Origin: an uncultured delta proteobacterium
Lineage (GTDB): Bacteria; Desulfobacterota; RBG-13-43-22
Direction: 5' to 3'
Length of the DNA: 64,000 nucleotides
NCBI GenBank assembly: GCA_963802945.1
Contig: CAWDKY010000053.1
Span: forward strand, 171,914-235,913
The notes beneath the pieces were generated by a model. That model made no database searches. It was not told where the DNA came from and saw only the letters and a list, made by a program, of their open reading frames with translations. The translations under genes were made by a program, and so were the position numbers. Each line of letters starts with the position of its first letter. Position 1 is the stretch's first letter. Below are positions 1 through 8,166 of the stretch, in pieces.

Positions 1-136
1 GATCCGTTGAGACCCAGGACCCGATTTTAGCCCCGTAAAAATAAGAGAGGGAGATGTCTTTCAATACCGATTTCTTATCGTAGTATTTGCTGACTTTGAT
101 CATCAAATAGATGACTTTATTCACTTCCTTAGCCAT
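1..136 (-). CDS. ettA: Energy-dependent translational throttle ABC-F protein, 5' end only (runs off window; apparent 1-nt deletion at ~20-22)
   Basis: Manual translation from ATG 136: MAKEVNKVIYLMIKVSKYYDKKSVLKDISLSYFYGAKIG, with VLGLNG following in a shifted frame; matches the EttA/ChvD N-terminal ISLSxFxGAKIGVLGLNG signature. Confidence 0.85.
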   Translation of the reverse strand, partial: MAKEVNKVIYLMIKVSKYYDKKSVLKDISLSYFYGAKIGSWVSTD

Positions 137-248
137 TGGGTTTTTCTTCCTGCTGTTTTGAAAAAAATCGTCTGGTTAATCGCTGACTGCTGAAAGCTAA
201 CTGTTCTTCCAGGGATTTTTAGGTTTCCGGATGGATATCAATTCATTT

Positions 249-665
249 TCACACGTGAAGGGGAAACCTTTGACCGTCGATTTCAATTGTTGTTTTGGAA
301 TAGGTCAATTTCTTGATGATTTTTCCATCCTGAAAATGAATCACATCAAGCCCCCATCTTTTTTCCGATTTTCCTTCATGGCCTTTTTCTATTGACGGCC
401 AATCCAACTGCCAGCGATAAAGGACTTTTTGATCCCTTTCATCGACGAAAAAATCTTCCTCGGTAAATTGAAAACCTCCGTGATTGTCGAACCACGGCGT
501 CCAGGCCTTTTTCAGGGCTTCCTTGCCCACTGCTTTTCCACCGGTCCAATTTTCAAAAAAAACATCCTCATGGAAAAGTTCCATTACGCCTTCCAGGTCA
601 TGATTTTTCCAGGCCAGATTCCATTCTTTCATGGCCTCAATGATTTCTTCTCTTGAAAGAGGCAT
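249..665 (-). CDS. SnoaL-like / NTF2-family protein
   Basis: 138 aa; WNLAWKNHDLEGVMELFHEDV start and DVIHFQDGKI end typical of SnoaL_2. Confidence 0.8.
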   Translation of the reverse strand: MPLSREEIIEAMKEWNLAWKNHDLEGVMELFHEDVFFENWTGGKAVGKEALKKAWTPWFDNHGGFQFTEEDFFVDERDQKVLYRWQLDWPSIEKGHEGKSEKRWGLDVIHFQDGKIIKKLTYSKTTIEIDGQRFPLHV

Positions 666-759
666 AGTTATCTCCTACAGTTAATTTTCATTTGTATCAG
701 AAATTTTTCAAAGCTATTTGTTTGAATTCCGAAATCTGCAATCTTACATCCGAAATGAT

Positions 760-1389
760 TTATTCCCACCCTTTCACATATTGAGGGGCTTTTTCATTTT
801 TCTGAAATCCGCCATAGGAACGAGGCGAAGGGTAATACTCCGTCCCGAACTGGACCATGCCGGCCTTCTCTTCTCCGGCCGTATCGGCCACAAAGGCCAA
901 AGCCATATCAATCCCGGCGGATACCCCGGCCGAGGTCCAAATCCGGCCATCCCTAACTATCCGCTCCTCAACCACCGTTACGTCGCCCAGATCACGCAGA
1001 CGATCCAGAGAGGCCCAATGCGTTGTGGCCCTTAAGCCGGACAATAGACCGGCACGGTGCAATATGAAACTCCCTGTACAAACCGATAGCACGGCCCGGC
1101 AATGTTTGGCCTGTTCGGCGACAAACCGGATTAAAACCTCATTGTCCACTTCTTTACGTGTGCCTTTTCCCCCTGGAACAAGCAGATAATCCAAGGAAGG
1201 ACACTCTGAAAAGATAACCTGGGGATTAATGGACATCCCCTTGTTGCAGACAATTGTTCCAGATTTCTCGGAAACCATAAGGCAATTCTCCGGTCCCTGA
1301 GCCAGCACACTCCAGTATCTTATTATTTCCCAAGGGCCAACCAGGTCAAGCTCTTCAAGATCCGGAAAGATCAGAAATCCAAAATTCAT
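760..1389 (-). CDS. DJ-1/PfpI family protein (isonitrile hydratase-like)
   Basis: ELDLVGP, LLVPGG, SVCTG nucleophile motif, ATTHW, TSAGVSAGID. Confidence 0.9.
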   Translation of the reverse strand: MNFGFLIFPDLEELDLVGPWEIIRYWSVLAQGPENCLMVSEKSGTIVCNKGMSINPQVIFSECPSLDYLLVPGGKGTRKEVDNEVLIRFVAEQAKHCRAVLSVCTGSFILHRAGLLSGLRATTHWASLDRLRDLGDVTVVEERIVRDGRIWTSAGVSAGIDMALAFVADTAGEEKAGMVQFGTEYYPSPRSYGGFQKNEKAPQYVKGWE

Positions 1390-1569
1390 ATAGAACCCTC
1401 CTGATTGAAAACTTTTTAATTACCTGCTATTTTAAAATAAATGTAAATAAAACACACGAGATTTTTAGGAAATACCGGAATGGGAGATTTTGACCGGAGA
1501 CAATGATTCAGTTTGATTCTCCAGTGGAAATTTGATAAATGCAGAAGAACGATATCGGAGGTGAGAAAC

Positions 1570-2373
1570 ATGGGCAGGGGAAAAGAAAAGAAGCCTAAAC
1601 GCTTTGTCGACTTAAGTATTGCCATTGAATCGGATCTTCCAAGCGATCCACCGGGCATGATTCCCAGGGTCGATTACAGTGATCACAGCCTGGGGAGTGA
1701 GGGGATGAAGAATTACTTTCCCGGGATTACCCAAAAGGATCTGCCGTCCGGTCTGGGCTGGGCCGTGGAGTCGGTGAGTCTGAGCACCCATTCAGGGACA
1801 CATCTTGACGCCCCGTATCATTACCACCCGACCATGGATCGGGGCAAACCTTCTTTGACCATCGATGAAATTCCCCTGGAGTGGTGCTTTCATGACGGGG
1901 TGCTCCTGGATTTCCGTCATAAGGCCGATGGGGAGCCGATAACAGCAAAAGATGTGGAAGAGGAATTAAAACGGATCGACTATAAAATTAAACCCTTGGA
2001 TATCGTCCTCATCCAGACCGGGGCCGATGCGGCCTGGGGCACTTCCCAATACCTGATCAAAGGGGCCGGCATGACCAAAGAGAGCACCCTGTATCTTACG
2101 GAAAAAGGGGTCAAAGTGGTCGGGATCGATGCCTGGAGCTGGGACCGGCCCTTACCTCTTCTAGCTGAGGAATTTAAGCGAACGGGAAATTCAAAAGTGA
2201 TCTGGGAAGCCCACTTCGCGGGTATAGAAATCGGTTACTGCCACATGGAGAAGATGGCCAACCTTTCCGGCATCGGACGCCCCCACGGCTTCACGGTCTG
2301 TTGTTTTCCGATTAAGATCAAACGGGCCAGCGCCGGTTGGGTCAGGCCGGTGGCTATAGTCTATGAGGATTAA
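1570..2373 (+). CDS. Cyclase family metal-dependent hydrolase (kynurenine formamidase-like)
   Basis: HSGTHLDAPYH (HxGTHxDxPxH), GID, HMEKM; ATG 1570 follows GGAGG, preferred over the TTG at 1513. Confidence 0.9.
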   Translation: MGRGKEKKPKRFVDLSIAIESDLPSDPPGMIPRVDYSDHSLGSEGMKNYFPGITQKDLPSGLGWAVESVSLSTHSGTHLDAPYHYHPTMDRGKPSLTIDEIPLEWCFHDGVLLDFRHKADGEPITAKDVEEELKRIDYKIKPLDIVLIQTGADAAWGTSQYLIKGAGMTKESTLYLTEKGVKVVGIDAWSWDRPLPLLAEEFKRTGNSKVIWEAHFAGIEIGYCHMEKMANLSGIGRPHGFTVCCFPIKIKRASAGWVRPVAIVYED

Positions 2374-2383
2374 TTTTATTAGA

Positions 2384-2510
2384 GGGTTCGAGGATTCGAG
2401 GGTTCAAGGAAAGTAAGAAGGGGTACACGGTACAAGGTATAAGGTTTAAGGGTGTAAAGTGTAAGGTTTTTCCTTTAACCGTATACCTTATACCGTAAAC
2501 CTTGCACCTT
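2384..2510. repeat. Short-period inverted tandem repeats between convergent genes
   Basis: 8-mer GGRTTCRA x3; 7-mer GGTACAC/GGTACAA/GGTATAA/GGTTTAA/GGTGTAA/AGTGTAA; reverse arm CCTTTAA/CCGTATA/CCTTATA/CCGTAAA/CCTTGCA. Confidence 0.85.
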
Positions 2511-4024
2511 TATTTCTCCGAGTGGCGCTTTCGAAGTTCCTGTCGCAGGACCTTGCCGACAGAATTTCTCGGTATCTCTCCCAAAAACTCGATGTACCTG
2601 GGACTTTTGTACTTACCCAGGCTTCCCTGACAATATGAAATCAGGCCGCTTCCGGCGACATAATGACCCGGCTTCAAAACTACAAAGGCCTTGACTTCTT
2701 CCCCCATGATCGGATCCGGCACCCCGACAACCGCCGCATCCTCCACGGCCGGATGCTCATATAACACTTCTTCGATATCCCAGGGGAAAATATTGATCCC
2801 GCCCCGGATGATGAGATCCTTTTTGCGATCGACAATATATAAATAGCCGTCATCATCCATCCTGGCCATGTCCCCGGTGTAAAGCCAGCCATTTCGAAAG
2901 GCCTGCCCTGTTTCTTCGGGCATTTTATAATATCCCGGAGAGACATTCGGTCCCCTGACGATCAGCTCTCCAATCTCCCCAACGGGCAGGTCATTATCGT
3001 CATCATCCACAATCCTGACTTCCACCTCCGGTATGGGTACTCCGATGGAGCCGGGCTTCAGCGGCATGTCCGGCCGGTGTCTCGTGACCACAGGGGCCGC
3101 TTCGGAAAGGCCGTAGCCCTCCCGAACGGGACAGTTGAATTTTTCCTGAAAACCTTTCAGGACCTCAAGAGGAAGAGGCGCTGATCCGCATCCGCAGCGC
3201 CTAAGGGACGATAGGTCATAGTGATCCGCTGCCGGACTGTTGAGCATCATGGCAAACATGGCCGGGGAACCGGAAAAACCCGTCACCTTATATTTTTCAA
3301 TGAGGCGAAAGGCCTCCTCGGTATCAAACCAGCGCATCAGTACACTTTTTTGGTTGAACATATAGCCGGAATTCATGACCGTCAGCCCATAGGAGTGAGA
3401 TAGGGGCAAGACATGCAGAGCCACATCATCAGGTTTTACATCGGCCATGGAAGAAGCGTTAACGGCATTGGAATAAAGGTTCCTGTGGGTCAACATTACC
3501 CCTTTCGGTTCCCCTGTGGTCCCGGCGGTATACAGGATCACGGCCAGGTCATATTCATCAATCTCAATTTTATTCGGCTCCTCAGAACTCGTTCGGACCA
3601 GGTTCCAAAAGTTGACCGTCCCTGGAATATCTTCATTTTCAACCACAATGATTTGCTTCAAGGTTTCGATACCGACCCTGCCTTTTTCGATCTTGCTCAT
3701 CAAATTTCTGTTGGTGATCAGGACCTTGGATTCGGAATTTCTCAAAATGTGAATCATCTCCCTTTCACCCAAAAAATTGATCACCGGAACAATGATGCCC
3801 CCCGCTCGCAGTATGCCCTGATAGCTGATCAGGACCTCGGGACTGTTCATGAGCATCACCATCACTCTATCCCCCATCTTGACGTCCAAGCCCTTTAGTC
3901 CATTGGCCAGTTGTTCTGCAAAACGAAGCAACTGAAGATTTGTGTACTCTTGATCTTCAAAAATCAAGGACACCTGTTCGCCGAAATTTCTATAATGCTG
4001 ATCGGCCAGTTCAACCAGATTCAT
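2510..4024 (-). CDS. Long-chain fatty-acid--CoA ligase (AMP-binding enzyme)
   Basis: YTAGTTGEPKG, EGYGLSE, GWLYTGD, DRKKDLIIRGG, GKVLR motifs. Confidence 0.93.
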   Translation of the reverse strand: MNLVELADQHYRNFGEQVSLIFEDQEYTNLQLLRFAEQLANGLKGLDVKMGDRVMVMLMNSPEVLISYQGILRAGGIIVPVINFLGEREMIHILRNSESKVLITNRNLMSKIEKGRVGIETLKQIIVVENEDIPGTVNFWNLVRTSSEEPNKIEIDEYDLAVILYTAGTTGEPKGVMLTHRNLYSNAVNASSMADVKPDDVALHVLPLSHSYGLTVMNSGYMFNQKSVLMRWFDTEEAFRLIEKYKVTGFSGSPAMFAMMLNSPAADHYDLSSLRRCGCGSAPLPLEVLKGFQEKFNCPVREGYGLSEAAPVVTRHRPDMPLKPGSIGVPIPEVEVRIVDDDDNDLPVGEIGELIVRGPNVSPGYYKMPEETGQAFRNGWLYTGDMARMDDDGYLYIVDRKKDLIIRGGINIFPWDIEEVLYEHPAVEDAAVVGVPDPIMGEEVKAFVVLKPGHYVAGSGLISYCQGSLGKYKSPRYIEFLGEIPRNSVGKVLRQELRKRHSEK

Positions 4025-4595
4025 TACTCTTCCTCCGACCGGAGATCGGGGTTTTTCCTTTGGTCAACAAGAGAAACAACCACTTCAGGAGATACTCTGA
4101 ATGGCCTTTGATCCCCAGATATCCACGGCGCTAAAAGTTTGGGTTTTATATAAAGGACCGGCTAACGAATAGTGAGACCTGCCGTCTTCTTTGACAGGAT
4201 AGAATCAGTTTAGACCGTAAAAGTATAATTTAAGAATCCCCCTAAAGTCAAGGGAAAAACAGGGTTAGAGTATGAGGCAGGAAAAAACCATTTAGGAATC
4301 CGGGCAAACAGGTTTCTTTAAAACGGAAAAAATCAAGAATTCAGGATCCTGGAGTCAGAATTCAGAATAAAAACTCTTAATCGCACGACTCGAAGGTTTT
4401 TTTCTTGTTTCGTGTTGGCTGGCCCATGGGGGCAGGAGGGTTAAAAAGAAACCGGGGAGATGCCCTATTCCTGAAGATAAATAAGGTCATTAAATTTATT
4501 GCATCTGTGACCTTCATTATGATAACTTGATTTCCTTTAAAAAAACCACAGACCAACATGAAAATTTCTAATAGCTCGTCGGAAAGGATCAAACC

Positions 4596-5054
4596 ATGGC
4601 AACAGAAAAGACCGTAAAAGAAATGAAGGAACTTATAGGAAAAGAAGTTTCAGTAGGGGACTGGTTTGAAGTGACCCAAGATAGGATCAATCAATTTGCG
4701 GATTGCACCGGCGACCACCAGTGGATTCATGTCGATTTGGAAAAGGCGGCTAAAGGACCTTTTGGAAAACCGATTGCCCATGGCTTCCTCACCTTGTCCC
4801 TCCTTCCTGCCCTGCAGTCGGGCACCCGTTTTTCGATCAAAGGAGCGAAAATGGGAATCAATTATGGACTCAACAAAGTCCGGTTTTTAAGTCCTGTTCC
4901 AGTAGGATCCAGGATCAGAATTCGGGGTGTCCTGTCCGGCGTTGAGGAAAAAGAAGGAGGAAGGGTTTTGTTCACCTATACCAATACGATTGAGATAGAA
5001 GGAATGGAAAAACCGGCCTGCGTGGCTGAAACGCTGGGTCTCGTCTATGTTTAG
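4596..5054 (+). CDS. MaoC family dehydratase
   Basis: FADCTGDHQWIHVD, IAHGFLTLSL, NYGLNKVRF. Confidence 0.92.
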   Translation: MATEKTVKEMKELIGKEVSVGDWFEVTQDRINQFADCTGDHQWIHVDLEKAAKGPFGKPIAHGFLTLSLLPALQSGTRFSIKGAKMGINYGLNKVRFLSPVPVGSRIRIRGVLSGVEEKEGGRVLFTYTNTIEIEGMEKPACVAETLGLVYV

Positions 5055-5129
5055 TGCGACAACAAGAATCCAGAATCCAAAAGTCAGAATAAAAAATCTT
5101 AATCACTTGATCCTAAGTTTAGTCCGAAA

Positions 5130-5320
5130 ATAGGATTCCGGAATTCCGGGATTCCAAGGTTCAAGAGGTCGGCTTTGCCGACCTAAAAGGAGGCTTCCAT
5201 TCGGAAGCCGGCCCGCTCGACTTTGTCGAGCTTTAGAAGAGGCTCCCTCTTGGGAGCCGAAGGGTTTTGCTTCCACGCCTTTCACTTGAACCCTTGACCC
5301 CTTGGCTCCTGGAATCCTAT
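5130..5320. repeat. 8-mer inverted arms enclosing four small perfect hairpins
   Basis: Arms 5130-5165/5285-5320 (26/36 identity after reverse-complementing); hairpins at 5166-84, 5192-5209, 5215-31, 5241-58. Confidence 0.85.
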
Positions 5321-5400
5321 TAATAACTAATTGACAAGCCTCTTAAAAATGACTAAAGGGTTTGGCGGAAAAGGGTGAAAGAATAAGGAGGTAGGCATTC

Positions 5401-6609
5401 ATGTTTCAAGGAGCTTTGGAGGGGGTCAAAGTGGTGGAATATGCAACCATGGTATCCGGCCCCTATTGCGGTAAACTACTGGCCGATCTGGGAGCGGATG
5501 TCATCAAAGTGGAGCCGCCCGGGGGTGATCCCGCACGTCTTTGCGGACCTTTCCCTGAAGACAAAAAACATCCCGAGAAGAGCGCTCTGTTTCTTTATAA
5601 CAACACCAGTAAACGAGGAATTACCCTGGATCTGATGAAGGATGAAGGGCTCGAAGTTTTTAAAAAACTTCTTCAATGGGCCGACGTTTTTATCGACAAT
5701 AATCCTGTTGACTATTTTGAAAATCTCAATCTGGATTGGGACGCCCTTCAGCAATTGAACCCAGGGCTTATTTATGCCTCCATAACCCCTTTTGGACGTA
5801 CGGGTCCCAGGGCCAAGGCCAAAGGAGACGAGCTGACCCTTGTTCACGCCGGCGGCATAGGGTATCACCTGCCGGCCCGCTCGGTGGATATTGATCATGC
5901 CCCGGTCAAGCTGGGGGGTTATCAGGTAGGTTATCATGGAGGACTCACCACCGCCCTAGCCGTGATAGCCTTGCTTCTGGGCAAGTTAAAGACGGGACGG
6001 GGACATTTGGTCGATATCGCTCTGCAACAGGTTGTCCTCACTTTGGTTTGTCCTTTAGTCACCTCATCACGGTATTATGATCAATCCTACAGCCGGGTCC
6101 CGGACAGGCCGCCGGGCATGGGTAGGATGGAAACCAGCGACGGATACGTCATACTCGGCGCGGCCGATGATCATCATTTCCGGGCCTTTCGCGAGTTGAT
6201 GGGCAAACCGGAATGGGCAGCCAGTGATGAGTGGGATGATATGGTCTGGCGTGCCAACCATATGATGGATATTGCCCCTCAGATGGAGGCATGGATGAAG
6301 GCCCAAAAAAAGAAAGACATCACTGAAAGGGCCTCTAAAGCAGGAATCCCCATCGGGTCGGTCAATTCGGCCGAAGATGTAATGAATTATGTGCAATATA
6401 AGGCTAGGAATTACTTCGTTGAAGTGGACCACCCTGTGGCCGGGAAATATCTCTATGCCGGGTGGCCCTATAAGATGGCGGCTTCACCGCCTAAAGTGAG
6501 CCGACCGGCCCCGCTTTTGGGCCAGCATAGCGAAGAGGTTTACGGTCAGGTCCTCGGTTATTCAAAGGAAAAAATAAAACATCTTCGGGATATTCAGGTG
6601 ATAAAGTAA
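5401..6609 (+). CDS. Class III (CaiB/BaiF) CoA-transferase, probable non-catalytic subunit
   Basis: GPYCGKLLADLGADVIKVEPPGGD, NTSKRGITLDL, APLLGQH; catalytic Asp position appears to be Gly (QVGYHGG). Confidence 0.88.
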   Translation: MFQGALEGVKVVEYATMVSGPYCGKLLADLGADVIKVEPPGGDPARLCGPFPEDKKHPEKSALFLYNNTSKRGITLDLMKDEGLEVFKKLLQWADVFIDNNPVDYFENLNLDWDALQQLNPGLIYASITPFGRTGPRAKAKGDELTLVHAGGIGYHLPARSVDIDHAPVKLGGYQVGYHGGLTTALAVIALLLGKLKTGRGHLVDIALQQVVLTLVCPLVTSSRYYDQSYSRVPDRPPGMGRMETSDGYVILGAADDHHFRAFRELMGKPEWAASDEWDDMVWRANHMMDIAPQMEAWMKAQKKKDITERASKAGIPIGSVNSAEDVMNYVQYKARNYFVEVDHPVAGKYLYAGWPYKMAASPPKVSRPAPLLGQHSEEVYGQVLGYSKEKIKHLRDIQVIK

Positions 6610-6638
6610 TTAATTCTCATACGGAAATCCAAGATTTA

Positions 6639-6740
6639 CGGATTAAGCTTTCAGCCAACAGCAGTCAGTCTTTAGCCTCTTCTTTGTTTTTAATAAATTT
6701 TACTGAACGCAGACTGTTGATGGCTGATGGCCTAAATCCG
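6639..6740. repeat. 7-mer inverted arms (CAGC../GCTG.. family)
   Basis: CGGATTAAGCTTTCAGCCAACAGCAGTCAG vs CAGACTGTTGATGGCTGATGGCCTAAATCCG. Confidence 0.75.
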
Positions 6741-6784
6741 AAAATAATTTTTTGGAATTATATTGATCAAGGAAGGAAATATTA

Positions 6785-8014
6785 ATGGAAAACATGCTTC
6801 CACTTCAGGGGATTCGGATTCTCGAGTTCTGCTGGGTATGGGCCGGCCCTTATGCCACCATGTTACTGGCCAATCTCGGGGCTGAGGTTATCAGGGTTGA
6901 AGGACACAGAAGAACGGATCTGATGCGTCGCCCTATTGTCTGGCCTAGGTACGAACCGGCCCCCAGAATGCTTCCGCCAAATCAGGGGATGCCCTTTAAT
7001 TCCGTCAACCGGGACAAAAAGAGCCTCACTCTTAATTTGAGCGAGCCGAAAGGCATTGAACTGGCCAGGAGACTGGCGGCCATAAGCGATGTGGTTATCG
7101 ACAATATGCGTCCGGACGCTATGATCAAGATGGGATTGGGCTATGAGGTATTATCTGAAATCAAACCGGACATCATCGTCATCTCCTCTTCCGGGAGAGG
7201 GCATGAAGGTCCGGAAGCGGAATATCTTGGATTTGCCACTATACATCAGAGTATCGGGGGTCTCACTTATATATCAGGTCATCCGGATGACCATCCTACC
7301 CACGGCACCGCCGGTGATGCGGATCTGATGAATGCCACCGGTGCCGCCTTTGCCGTTGTGGCCGCCTTGCATCACCGCACACGAACCGGTGAGGGGCAAT
7401 TTATTGATTACTCCCAATGCGAGGGGGTAAGCTCTTTGATCGGCGAACAGCTCTTGGGCTATGTCATGACTTCCAAAATTCCTGAGCGCCTGGGCAACAC
7501 CCATCCGGAATATGCCCCCCATAGTGTTTTCCAATGTTGGGGGGTTGACCGCTGGCTGGCCCTTGAGGTCCATACGGACGATGAATTCAAGGCTTTGGCC
7601 CAAGTCATGACCCAGCCGGAATTGGCCGCTGATTCGCGTTTCAAGACCATTGGTTCCCGAAAGAAAAACGAAAAAGAGCTCAATCGGATCATCGGGGAGT
7701 GGACAAGGCAGAGAGACCGGGATTGGATGGTGGAGGAAATTAGCAAGGCCGGCATCGCCGCCGCACCATGCAGAGACGACAAGGACCTTTATGCAGATCG
7801 TCACCTGCGGGATAGAGAAGCCTTTGTAAAAATAAATCATCCCGAATTGGGTGAGCTGGAGTTGGTAGGCCCCCCCTGGAAAATCAGTGATCTGGAGCTG
7901 CCTAAGGGCTATGCCCCCCTTTTGGGAGAGCATAATCAATATGTTCTTCAAGGGCTCCTGGGGCTTAAGGATGAAGAGATAGCCGACCTGCGGGAGAAAG
8001 ATATTATTATGTAA
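6785..8014 (+). CDS. Class III (CaiB/BaiF) CoA-transferase, probable catalytic subunit
   Basis: WAGPYATMLLANLGAEVIRVE, NRDKKSLTLNL, GDADLM with Asp, APLLGEHN. Confidence 0.9.
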   Translation: MENMLPLQGIRILEFCWVWAGPYATMLLANLGAEVIRVEGHRRTDLMRRPIVWPRYEPAPRMLPPNQGMPFNSVNRDKKSLTLNLSEPKGIELARRLAAISDVVIDNMRPDAMIKMGLGYEVLSEIKPDIIVISSSGRGHEGPEAEYLGFATIHQSIGGLTYISGHPDDHPTHGTAGDADLMNATGAAFAVVAALHHRTRTGEGQFIDYSQCEGVSSLIGEQLLGYVMTSKIPERLGNTHPEYAPHSVFQCWGVDRWLALEVHTDDEFKALAQVMTQPELAADSRFKTIGSRKKNEKELNRIIGEWTRQRDRDWMVEEISKAGIAAAPCRDDKDLYADRHLRDREAFVKINHPELGELELVGPPWKISDLELPKGYAPLLGEHNQYVLQGLLGLKDEEIADLREKDIIM

Positions 8015-8064
8015 ATTTTTTCATCCTATGTCCTTGAGAAAAGAATGTTACTCATTTGGTGAAT

Positions 8065-8166
8065 GGTTCGGAGTTCAGAGTAAGGAGTTTCGGGTTCAGA
8101 GTTTGAAATTCAAAGTACAAAAGTTAATGTTTTTGCTCCGAACTCATCACTCCGAACTTAAAACTG
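8065..8166. repeat. 7-mer inverted arms (GAGTTCA / CTCCGAA family) overlapping the malQ stop
   Basis: GAGTTCA GAGTAAG GAGTTTC GGGTTCA GAGTTTG vs CTCCGAA CTCATCA CTCCGAA CTTAAAA. Confidence 0.7.

Noticed and set aside
4025-4200. Riboswitch in the CoA-ligase leader
   Set aside because: No conserved aptamer motif recognisable by eye.
5166-5260. tRNA or tmRNA cloverleaf
   Set aside because: Loops are only 3-4 nt, with no anticodon loop, T-loop or acceptor/CCA arrangement.
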